Assembly: GCA_048882385.1 (NCBI GenBank)
Contig: JBHLRQ010000036.1
Location: 1-27,119 of the forward strand
Origin: Candidatus Thorarchaeota archaeon
GTDB taxonomy: Archaea; Asgardarchaeota; Thorarchaeia; Thorarchaeales; Thorarchaeaceae
DNA: 27,119 nt
Direction: 5' to 3'
Shown here: positions 17,672-26,414 of the stretch, one piece after another
Position numbering within the stretch: position 1 is the stretch's first letter
How the letters are laid out: the number at the start of each line of letters is the position of its first letter
Translations under genes and position numbers: made by a program
Notes under the pieces: model-generated
Database searches by the model: none
Seen by the model: only the letters and a program-made list of their open reading frames with translations
What the model was told of the DNA's origin: nothing

Positions 17672-18238
17672 CTATGCCAGTCCGCCTGCTTCAAGTATCT
17701 TGATTGCTAATTCTAAGAAAGAAGCTTCGACGTTCAATCCAGTTTTTGCAGATGTTTCGAGAAAGGATGTATGCACACCATTCTTAGCGATTTCTGAGGC
17801 TAGCTTCTGACCCTCTTCTGTCGTTACAAGGGTCTGCTGCATTACTGGATTATCCTTGAACTGGTCTCGAAGATCCGTCTTGTTTCCTATGACAACAATT
17901 GGTATCTTCTTGCCTGCATTGGTCCAGCACTCTTCGACCCAGTTCATGAGGTTCTCAAAGGATTTCCTCTCAACTGTGGAATAGACTCCTAGAGCTCCCT
18001 GAGCACCTTTGTAGAAAGTTGACCGCACACTCTTGAAGTGCTCCTGACCTGCAAGATCCCATATTTGTATACTAACGTCGTGACCGCCCTCGAGTTGCAT
18101 CTTCTTGACAGCGAAGTCTGCGCCGATGGTAATCATATAGTTAGCCCTAAAACCTTCTCCCATGTAGGTTCTTCGGAGACTGGTCTTACCGACGCTTCCA
18201 TCTCCCATCAATACAACCTTGAACAACGCAGTGACCAT
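17672..18238 (-). CDS. Rab-like small GTPase
   Basis: GDGSVGKT, ITIGADF, WDLAGQ, GNKTD and ETSAK motifs. No prenylation motif. Confidence 0.95.
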   Translation of the reverse strand: MVTALFKVVLMGDGSVGKTSLRRTYMGEGFRANYMITIGADFAVKKMQLEGGHDVSIQIWDLAGQEHFKSVRSTFYKGAQGALGVYSTVERKSFENLMNWVEECWTNAGKKIPIVVIGNKTDLRDQFKDNPVMQQTLVTTEEGQKLASEIAKNGVHTSFLETSAKTGLNVEASFLELAIKILEAGGLA

Positions 18239-18485
18239 GATTTGTCACCTGTATGGTGATATGTCTAGAGGACACTAGCGCCGTATTTGATATTTCCGCT
18301 ATTTGAGTCTATGCCGATTGAATAACAGGCTTTACTTTCGGGAGACTGTCCCCCTCATACTCATACATTTGGACAGACTAAGGAGTTCCACAAAACCCAC
18401 AACAAGTGGTGGTATAACATACTGGCCCGACAATCCATAGACCGTCTTTGGATCAGAGGGTAACGCCATTAAGAGGGTGAAGACC

Positions 18486-18791
18486 GTGGGACGAACAGTC
18501 CGCACTTATAGAGATGCAATTAGGATTGAAGAAACTCGGTGGAAAGAATTCAGGCGCACTCTCAGACCGACTCAGAGAGACCAGTTCGACCGCATATTTG
18601 ACTATGCAAGAGGCTTTGCAGACGCAGGTACTATGATGGTGACACCTCGTGTCATAGAGGTGGTTCTGCTATCCGCAATCCTTGAGATGCTTGGTGAGAT
18701 TGACAAAATCAAAGCGAGGGTTCAGGTCTTAGAAGAGAAGATTGAGGAGAAAGCCCCTGATGAAGAAGACTGGATGGCTCCTGGACTGTAG
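18486..18791 (+). CDS. Small helical PolB2-associated protein (arCOG07300-like)
   Basis: GRTV.TYR...E..RWKEFRRTLR...FDRIFDYA pattern, overlapping the polB2 start. Start is GTG at 18486 or 18477. Confidence 0.75.
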   Translation: MGRTVRTYRDAIRIEETRWKEFRRTLRPTQRDQFDRIFDYARGFADAGTMMVTPRVIEVVLLSAILEMLGEIDKIKARVQVLEEKIEEKAPDEEDWMAPGL

Positions 18792-21036
18792 TGTGGACCA
18801 GGAGAAACAAGCACTGACTCTCTGGATAAAGAGTGATGGGAGGACGAGAGGTTACACCTATCGTGGGTTCAATCCCTCTGTGTTTGTCAGCACAGATTTG
18901 ATCAAGAGCAGGGACTGGAGCGAAACGGACATCCTACGTGCAGTCAGTGAACATCCAAAGGTAGTGGACACTGAGATTGTGTCCAAGTATGCCAGTGTCT
19001 ATGATGACGAGATGACACCAGTCCTTCAGGTATCCACCACACCAGATGCGCTACGAGAAGTAGCAGAAGACCTAGAGAAACTACCTGGAGCCACTGTGTT
19101 TCATGCAGACATTGATCCAGTTCAGCAGTTCTTCATAGACAGGACCATGTTTGCCTTTGGACGTATCGAAATCGATCTAGGAAAAGAAGATGAGATTGTT
19201 AAGATCACCTTTCTTGATGATCGTGAGAATCCCGAGTACGACATTCCCGAACTTGAAGAAATAGGCTTCGAGGTGTTTGTTGATACAGACCAGATATTTC
19301 CCAAGATGGAAGACCGGATACACCACATCGAGATCTACTATAGGGGGAGGACAATTCACATTGAAGATCAGAGTGAGAGAATAATCCTCCAACGTTTTCA
19401 GAGTGCGATAGACAGGATAGACCCTGATGTAATCAATACTGCAAGGGGAGATGAGAGTCTCTTCAGGTATCTCAGTCTACGTGCAAGGGTCAATGCGATG
19501 GACCTGATACTCTCTAGGGACGGGTCACCGTTGAAAGTTGTTCACAGAGAAGCGCAGTCATTCTGGCAGTACAATCGTATTGTGTTCAGGTCCGGAACGC
19601 AGGTCACACTGAATGGAAGAGTTCACATAGACCGAGGAAAGACGGGTATGCATTTCTTCTCTCCGACAGGACTGGAAGGAGTTGTGGAGAGCTGCCGACT
19701 CGCCCTAGGTCGTCCACAGAGGGTCTCACGAATGACAATCGGAGGTGTGAATGCAGCTGTTCAGTTCTACAAAGCATACAAAATGGACATCCTGATACCT
19801 CCAGTGAAACGAAATCCTGAGTTTCTCAAGTCTATTAATGAACTGACAGCCATTGACAGAGGAGGTCTAATTCTTCAGCCAAGACCTGACATCTACGAGA
19901 ACGTGGCAGAATGCGATTTCTCGTCCATGTATCCAACATTGATGGTCAAGCAGAACATCAGTCCAGAAACAATCTGTACCCTGACAAGCTGTCCCTATGA
20001 TTACAAGCACTGCATCGAGATTCCTCAGCAGAGTTTCAGAATCTGCACTCGCAAGAGGGGAATAGTATCAGAGTCACTAGAGTTACTGGTCGAACGCCGT
20101 ACTGCCTTCAAGAAACTGATAGAAGGAGGAAGAGATGCCAAAAAGTATGAGCATATACAGAATACTCTGAAGGGAGTGCTGGTTTCGTGTTTTGGGTATC
20201 TCGGATTCAAGAATGCAAAGTTTGGGAGAGTGGAAGCTCATACTGCTGTCACTGCTCTATCAAGAGAGGTCATGCTCAAGACTCAAGAGATTGCAGAATC
20301 AATGAATCTTGAGATGATACATGGTATTGTAGACTCCGTCTGGCTGAAGGGAGAGATCGATCATGAGAACATTACGGAATTCTGCAGGCAGGTGACTAAA
20401 GAGGCGGACATAAAGATGTCACCCAAAGGAGTCTACAGATGGATGGTCATTCCATCCTCACGACTGCACCCCTCAGTTGCGCCACTGAACAGATATTATG
20501 GAGTCTATAAGAATGGAGGAATAAAGACACGTGGGATTGAAACCAGACGGCGTGATACATGTCTCTATGTAGGTGATTGCCAGAAAGAGATAATCAAGAC
20601 CCTTGCACGAGGCTATGACAAAGCAGGATTTCTTAGACAGATACCTGCGGCAAGAGCTGTTTGTCAGGAGTACATAGGCAGACTTCATGATGATGATGTC
20701 GACCTCAGAGACCTCATTCTCAATTCAACACTCACAAGAGACCCTCATGCATATCGTGCCACATCAAGAGCTGCAGTGGTAGCTCAGCAGCTAGTCAAGG
20801 CCGGGAGAGAACTACACGCGGGACAAAAGGTCCGCTATATCATGACTAGCGCAGACTCAGACAACCCACTGCGGAGAGTGTGTGCACTGGAGCTTTTTGA
20901 TAAATCAACCAGATACGACCCTGATGCATACGCCAAACTCTGTCAACGGGCTTTTGAGAATCTCATACCTGCACAATACCTAGATTCAACAGAGGATTTT
21001 GATTCGGAGCAGACAATTCTTGTTCCGAACTCGTAG
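18760..21036 (+). CDS. polB2: Family B DNA polymerase, PolB2 group
   Basis: Motif A DFSSMYP, motif B LKGVLVSCFGYLG, motif C HGIVDS (instead of YGDTDS), NRYYG and RGIE. Exonuclease motifs are degenerate. Confidence 0.9.
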   Translation: MKKTGWLLDCSVDQEKQALTLWIKSDGRTRGYTYRGFNPSVFVSTDLIKSRDWSETDILRAVSEHPKVVDTEIVSKYASVYDDEMTPVLQVSTTPDALREVAEDLEKLPGATVFHADIDPVQQFFIDRTMFAFGRIEIDLGKEDEIVKITFLDDRENPEYDIPELEEIGFEVFVDTDQIFPKMEDRIHHIEIYYRGRTIHIEDQSERIILQRFQSAIDRIDPDVINTARGDESLFRYLSLRARVNAMDLILSRDGSPLKVVHREAQSFWQYNRIVFRSGTQVTLNGRVHIDRGKTGMHFFSPTGLEGVVESCRLALGRPQRVSRMTIGGVNAAVQFYKAYKMDILIPPVKRNPEFLKSINELTAIDRGGLILQPRPDIYENVAECDFSSMYPTLMVKQNISPETICTLTSCPYDYKHCIEIPQQSFRICTRKRGIVSESLELLVERRTAFKKLIEGGRDAKKYEHIQNTLKGVLVSCFGYLGFKNAKFGRVEAHTAVTALSREVMLKTQEIAESMNLEMIHGIVDSVWLKGEIDHENITEFCRQVTKEADIKMSPKGVYRWMVIPSSRLHPSVAPLNRYYGVYKNGGIKTRGIETRRRDTCLYVGDCQKEIIKTLARGYDKAGFLRQIPAARAVCQEYIGRLHDDDVDLRDLILNSTLTRDPHAYRATSRAAVVAQQLVKAGRELHAGQKVRYIMTSADSDNPLRRVCALELFDKSTRYDPDAYAKLCQRAFENLIPAQYLDSTEDFDSEQTILVPNS

Positions 21037-21037
21037 G

Positions 21038-22381
21038 CTATTCAGTTACTGCATGAGCTTGAAGGGCAATCCGTGGTCGCAATTCACGAACTGGAATTCC
21101 AGTTTCTTTTGATACACGAAATACATCTTCAGCCTCTGGTTTAATATTCAGAATACTCCCGTCTGCACTACGAGAAACCTTAACCCGGACCATGAAATCT
21201 TTCCCATCAATCTCAAGACTACAGACAATGCTTTCACGTATGGCCTTAAGCCGCTGCCAAGTTGTATATCGAATACCGGTGGTTCCAAGAGTTTTGATCA
21301 GGACATCAGCGATGCCCTTTAAACCAACTTTTGGTGCGATGACTTTGATAACGTGACATGGACGATTCTTCTTCCCAATGGCTGGAATAATTGTCACATC
21401 ATAAGCAAGTCCTTCGTCAAGAAGGGCATCAAAGAGTGTACCAAGAGTTTCTCCATCAACATCATCTACAGTAGTTTCAATGACAATAACATCATCTTCA
21501 TTCCATGCATCTTGTACTTCTGAAATCTCTTCAGTTTTCGATTTGCTGGCTTTGGTAGCTTTAGTAGATTTGGACTTTGCAGGTTTTACCTCAGCTACAG
21601 CAGGAGTTTGCTCCTCTGGAACCATTGTTTCTCCAATGATTATTGATAGCATGTTTGATAACTTGCCCAAGTCACGAGTACCAAAACCAAACCCTTGGTT
21701 TTGAGCAACAAAGTCTTCATGGGATTCTACGAATTTATCAGCTATTGAAATCAGTATTGCAGCTCCTGTAGGTGTGAGAACCTCTGTTTTTGCGTCTCCA
21801 TTGTGATACGGGACTTTATGAGCGGAAAGCATCTCAGCTACTGCTGGCACTGGAACCTCAAATTCCCCATGTTCAGTTTCAACAGTACCACTGCCTACAG
21901 CTACCTTGGTAGCAAGAATCTCAGCTGATCCAAGCAGACCTGTTTTTTCAAGAAGATATGCAGTTCCTACAAGATCGAGTACAGTGTCAACGGAGCCAGT
22001 TTCATGGAGATGTAGTTCATCGATGGGTTTGTCATGTGCTTTGCTTTCAGCTTCAAGTATAACATCCAGACCTTTCAACGCAATTTTCTTCCCTTCAGGA
22101 GATAACTCAACCTCTTCAGAAACAGCCTCAATTACTTCTCTAAGTGAGGACGGGCTCATTCGTATACCGGGATTTCGTGTGATTTGCAATTGACGCCCAG
22201 TTGTTCCTCCATGGGAATGAGAAACTACATTCAATCTAAAAGATGGATCGTAAATCAAAAGACTAGCAGCAACTGGAAGAAGTACATTATCTTCGCCAAT
22301 TAGATCAATAAGTGCAGCAAGAAACATGTCTCCTGCAGCTCCAGCGGTTGCTACATCTATTAGTATTGTCTTCTTCGTCAA
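21038..22381 (-). CDS. larC: Nickel-pincer cofactor biosynthesis nickel insertase
   Basis: GAAGDMFLAAL, HLHETG, TPTGAA, ETTVDD, KKNRP, TTGIR and KPEAED motifs. Both domains are in one ORF. Confidence 0.9.
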   Translation of the reverse strand: MTKKTILIDVATAGAAGDMFLAALIDLIGEDNVLLPVAASLLIYDPSFRLNVVSHSHGGTTGRQLQITRNPGIRMSPSSLREVIEAVSEEVELSPEGKKIALKGLDVILEAESKAHDKPIDELHLHETGSVDTVLDLVGTAYLLEKTGLLGSAEILATKVAVGSGTVETEHGEFEVPVPAVAEMLSAHKVPYHNGDAKTEVLTPTGAAILISIADKFVESHEDFVAQNQGFGFGTRDLGKLSNMLSIIIGETMVPEEQTPAVAEVKPAKSKSTKATKASKSKTEEISEVQDAWNEDDVIVIETTVDDVDGETLGTLFDALLDEGLAYDVTIIPAIGKKNRPCHVIKVIAPKVGLKGIADVLIKTLGTTGIRYTTWQRLKAIRESIVCSLEIDGKDFMVRVKVSRSADGSILNIKPEAEDVFRVSKETGIPVRELRPRIALQAHAVTE

Positions 22382-22526
22382 CGATAAGGTCTCCTTGAAA
22401 TGTTGTTTCCCCTAGAGAATTGGCATCGCGTCAGTTTTTCTTTCTTTCGTGATTGTCATCAACTCGTTAGAGTCGAACTAAATAAGATTGTCAGCTCTTG
22501 TTTTTAAAATTCTAATTCGTAGAGCC

Positions 22527-23306
22527 TCACTTTGACGAAGATTTTCTCCATTGGTCGAATATCGCCATATACATGCATTCTGCAGGAGGAATCCACATTT
22601 CAGATGAATCAAAGGATTGATCAACAAACTCAACAGGTGCATTCCTGATTATTGCCAAGGGAATTGACTCATTGGATTCGCCCATCACTGCAGTACATGC
22701 AGAAGCAAGATTGTCAGCTATTGCTCTTCTAGTTATTCGCAATTCATTCCCAAAGAGATCAGCCCTTCCTCTATCATCAGCAACTGGACGAAAGCCAGCT
22801 ACGCCAAGTGCCATTCCCACATTACCTAGTCTGAGCGGCTGAGTACGACTATCAATCACCAGAACTCCAATTGTCTTTCCAAGCCTCTCTTTTACTTCAC
22901 TTCTAATTCGCATAGCACTGGCACGAGAATCCTTTGGCAAGAGGGAAGCGTGTCTTGGGGGAACATTTGACTTATCAACACCTGCGTTCGCCATCAATGT
23001 GTTGTTCTTGATTGTCAGGAGAACGTGAGGAATTCCACCTAGAATCTCATCAGCTTCTCTCAAAACCAATTCAGCAACCTCAGGCACCATCTCATACTTT
23101 TTTGCTAACTCTCTTGCCTTGTCGGAAACATCAACTGTTGAGAGTTTCACAATTCGACCTTCCGTTGTACCAAGAGGGGTTTCTGCTACAGCAAGGATGT
23201 CATTGTCCTCAAGCTCAAGTCCAGCATGTTTCATACTTTCAAGGAGTACATCTAAGATATCATCTTGTTCCGTGATGATTCTGGTCTTGATTGGATACAC
23301 ATGCAT
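22527..23306 (-). CDS. cofE: Coenzyme F420-0:L-glutamate ligase
   Basis: ANAGVDKSN, DSRTQPLRLG, D.RG..DLFG.EL.IT..AIAD and MGESNESIP motifs. Likely start ATG 23306. Confidence 0.88.
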   Translation of the reverse strand: MHVYPIKTRIITEQDDILDVLLESMKHAGLELEDNDILAVAETPLGTTEGRIVKLSTVDVSDKARELAKKYEMVPEVAELVLREADEILGGIPHVLLTIKNNTLMANAGVDKSNVPPRHASLLPKDSRASAMRIRSEVKERLGKTIGVLVIDSRTQPLRLGNVGMALGVAGFRPVADDRGRADLFGNELRITRRAIADNLASACTAVMGESNESIPLAIIRNAPVEFVDQSFDSSEMWIPPAECMYMAIFDQWRKSSSK

Positions 23307-23346
23307 AAAACTACCCATCAAGAGCTTTGGAGACCTGAAGATAAAG

Positions 23347-24759
23347 TCATCCACGACTCGATTTCTGTAATTTCATTCTCTCAGGCATGATGCATCGATC
23401 GCCCTTTCGTCCACCCATCGGGCAATTTGTTGTACCCAAGGAGTTCATACATCTTGCAGCGACTGCTGCACCCATTGCAAGCCCATCTTCAACAAATAGG
23501 AGGTCATGCTTTGTAGACCAAGGAGTACCGTCAGCTAAACGAAGGTTCTCAGCGATGAGTCTAGGTTTCTGACCGGTGGTGATAGCTCGTCCAGTTAGAC
23601 CCAGGGATGTGTTCTCCCGGATCAATCCTTCTGACTCAACAAGTGATAGAATACGTTGAACAATTCTTGACTGTATAACATCAATAAAGGAAATTAGCTG
23701 GTCAACGCCTCCTGAGTCCGTAATCATTTGACCCAAATTTGTAAGTTCATCTAATCTAGAACCATTAATTCCAGCATCCACACCTATCAAGACAGTTCCA
23801 GATTCTTCTGCGGCTAATGCATTAACCGGGACTGTACCAAACCGCTCCTCAGAGGGATGAACTTTGGACACTCTTATAATACTATGAGCCTGTTCCTCCC
23901 AAGCTGAGTCGATTATCAATCTCTGAGGTTTATTTGAAGATGGAATATCGAGGACACAACCAGTCTTCATGTCAACCAAACCTGAACCACGTGCAAGAGC
24001 ATCGGGTATTGCTCCTGCAAGACCAGCAAATGAACCAACAGTTTTTGCATATGGGAAACCAGAATCCGTGACACGACCAGCCAGAGTAGTTCCGAAATCT
24101 AGAGTCATGATAGGATTTCGAAAATCAATATCCGTACTCTTAGCGGCACCCTTGAGTCCAGCACTCACAAGCTCTCCTTCCATTTCATTTGCAACTATCT
24201 CAGTATTTGACGGAGGAAGAGAACTTGCGACAGCTCCATCAAAGTAGACTTTCCTAAGCCAGGTATATTCTTGAATATCTGAAGGAAGATTTTCAGCAGA
24301 AATTGAAGCTGTCATTTTTCTAGGTGGGATTCCTGCAGCAAGACAACCATCAGCCAGAGCCTGGACAATCGTGCCAACCTCTGATGGACTAGCAAAACTT
24401 GCTGTAACTCCAGTCGAGCGAACCACAAAGTGAAGGTCGCGTTCTAGGTCAAGTCGTGCTCTCTTGACTGTGGTCATCAGAATATCAGATACAAATTCTG
24501 AAACTGATTCCCGTGTCAGATCGACTCCGAAAACAGTTCTTCCAAAAACCGTCTCAGCTTTTCCTGGAGAGCGAACATCTCTTGTCATCCGAACTTCTTT
24601 TTCTATCTCAAATATCTCTGCAGTCTTCAGATTTGTAGAAACCAGTACACACTTTGTTGTTGTATTTCCAAGTTCTACTGAAGCGACAGTATAGAAAGGA
24701 CCTTTACGTAAGGATGAAACTCCAATGGACCTTGGTTTCACGACTCTGTCCTTTCTCAT
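23347..24759 (-). CDS. Methanogenesis marker protein 14 (DUF2114-like, actin-like ATPase fold)
   Basis: VASVELGNTTTKC, VRMTRDVR, FVVRSTGV, NEMEGEL, DFGTTLAG, GLAGAIPD, GLTGRA and ARCMNSLG motifs. Confidence 0.88.
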   Translation of the reverse strand: MRKDRVVKPRSIGVSSLRKGPFYTVASVELGNTTTKCVLVSTNLKTAEIFEIEKEVRMTRDVRSPGKAETVFGRTVFGVDLTRESVSEFVSDILMTTVKRARLDLERDLHFVVRSTGVTASFASPSEVGTIVQALADGCLAAGIPPRKMTASISAENLPSDIQEYTWLRKVYFDGAVASSLPPSNTEIVANEMEGELVSAGLKGAAKSTDIDFRNPIMTLDFGTTLAGRVTDSGFPYAKTVGSFAGLAGAIPDALARGSGLVDMKTGCVLDIPSSNKPQRLIIDSAWEEQAHSIIRVSKVHPSEERFGTVPVNALAAEESGTVLIGVDAGINGSRLDELTNLGQMITDSGGVDQLISFIDVIQSRIVQRILSLVESEGLIRENTSLGLTGRAITTGQKPRLIAENLRLADGTPWSTKHDLLFVEDGLAMGAAVAARCMNSLGTTNCPMGGRKGDRCIMPERMKLQKSSRG

Positions 24760-24774
24760 AACAGTAACTCCTTG

Positions 24775-25710
24775 TCATAGAAGTTTCTTGAAGGGATGTT
24801 CTGTAGGAGGTTCTAGACCAAATTCAAGATTCGATGATTCTGCAGCAAATACATCGCACATGGCAACTACAGGAAACACGCGCTCTGCATTCTCAATAGG
24901 ACCATAGAGTACAAAATCAGCTCCCATCATTTGGACTATTAGATTTGATGCAACATCAGCAGTTCGAAAGCCTTCAGGATTTACTTTCTTATGCTTCCTC
25001 AACCAAGACCAAGATGAAGGAGCATTATGTACACCAGAACCAGTTGGATAGCCATAGACAGTCTTAGATACAAACGTAAATGCAGCAGCTGAACCAGCTC
25101 CAGCACCCATGGCAGTAACAGCAGTATCAATCAGTGGCTTAGTAATGCCTAGGTCACTGCTTAGAGGTAGAAGTCCTTTGTCGAGATCAAGTGCACCTTC
25201 ATCTAAAACCTTCCTTCGACCCGCAATCGATGGATCTTGGGGATTGAATGCTAAGATAATGGCACATTCGTGTTGGATATCTCGTAGTGAGTCTATCTCT
25301 TCATTTGTGGCAGAAACATTGATTGAGTTGTAGATTGCACGATCCAAGAGACCTACTTCCTCGGAATGTTTCAAACCTGCTACTCGAACCATTGGTTCTG
25401 TAGAATCAATGAGAAAAGGTGCTGATGTTAAGTCACAGACAAAATCGAGGTACTTTATCATTGCACTTTCAGTTTCAGAAAAAACCTGAACAAGAGCAGG
25501 ATTTCCAGTTAATTCAGACATTTCATCTTGTTTTTGTATCAGAGCGGATGCTACATCTTTGTCAAAGGTTCCACGTTTGGTGTCATTGACAATTTTATGA
25601 CCCCCATAGAATATTGTACCTGCTAGTACAGTCGAGGTTTCGCCTGGGTTGCCACCGATTCTTACTCCACCAATATTGTGGATTATCTGCTCTTTCTCAA
25701 AAACAAACAA
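24775..25710 (-). CDS. mtrH: Tetrahydromethanopterin S-methyltransferase subunit H
   Basis: F.FEKEQ..IGG.PGE..TVLAGTIFY, FLIDST, RAIYNSIN, HNAPSSW and GADFVLYGPIENA. Likely TTG start at 25710. Confidence 0.93.
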   Translation of the reverse strand: MFVFEKEQIIHNIGGVRIGGNPGETSTVLAGTIFYGGHKIVNDTKRGTFDKDVASALIQKQDEMSELTGNPALVQVFSETESAMIKYLDFVCDLTSAPFLIDSTEPMVRVAGLKHSEEVGLLDRAIYNSINVSATNEEIDSLRDIQHECAIILAFNPQDPSIAGRRKVLDEGALDLDKGLLPLSSDLGITKPLIDTAVTAMGAGAGSAAAFTFVSKTVYGYPTGSGVHNAPSSWSWLRKHKKVNPEGFRTADVASNLIVQMMGADFVLYGPIENAERVFPVVAMCDVFAAESSNLEFGLEPPTEHPFKKLL

Positions 25711-25714
25711 TTTC

Positions 25715-26401
25715 CTAGACCTCCCTAGCAAATAGTATAGTTCCGGATTCCTCATCTTGGACTTCAATGACTGCGATTGATGGATGTTCTGATACTATGG
25801 CATGTGTCTGCTGAGCAGTGACAAGTGAGTTCGAAGAATCGAATATCACGCCAAATTCTGGCAGCAGCATCACATCACCGCTAATTGGTGGTTTACGTGT
25901 AGACTTTGCAGTCACCTTGAATTCAATCCACATCGCACCACCAGAATATTCTCCAGGGTCATTAGATTGAAGTTCTTCTACTTTAGCCGCAATGATTGTT
26001 GAGTCGTTTTTGTTTATCATTTCAACTAGCTCTACTTGGTCTCTGAATTGGTCAATTCCCTCGATTGGCACATTCTCTATGTAGGGTATAGCACCTTCCG
26101 CATCGATTATCTTTCGTGTTTCTCGATTGACACCGTTGTGATAAAGGGCTCTAAGAGACCTTCCAGTCAAATGCCCGGGAACCTCAGGTCCTGCGAGAAT
26201 TAGATATCGAATGTTCGGATTAGAGATGATATTAATAATGACACGTTCTATTCCTATATTCTCAGTCTTACAGGTACCAATTATTGCATAATCTGCATCA
26301 ACTTCGATTTTCTTTCCAAGGGTACATACTGCCACACATTTGGTTGGATCCTTGACATCAAAATCACCAGGGACAGGAGGCCAATCTTGTTCTAGATTCA
26401 A
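25715..26401 (-). CDS. mtrA: Corrinoid protein MtrA, soluble form without C-terminal membrane anchor
   Basis: WPPVPGD, CKTENIGIERVIIN.ISNPNIR, GPEVPGHLTG (Co-ligand His) and GAIPYIEN. Likely TTG start at 26401 after AGGAGG. Confidence 0.92.
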   Translation of the reverse strand: MNLEQDWPPVPGDFDVKDPTKCVAVCTLGKKIEVDADYAIIGTCKTENIGIERVIINIISNPNIRYLILAGPEVPGHLTGRSLRALYHNGVNRETRKIIDAEGAIPYIENVPIEGIDQFRDQVELVEMINKNDSTIIAAKVEELQSNDPGEYSGGAMWIEFKVTAKSTRKPPISGDVMLLPEFGVIFDSSNSLVTAQQTHAIVSEHPSIAVIEVQDEESGTILFAREV

Positions 26402-26414
26402 ACAATAATCCCTC

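Noticed and set aside
18240-18480. Weak inverted repeats upstream of the polB2 pair as a damage-response operator or element end
   Set aside because: The arms are short and imperfect, and no matching boundary repeat was seen after 21036.
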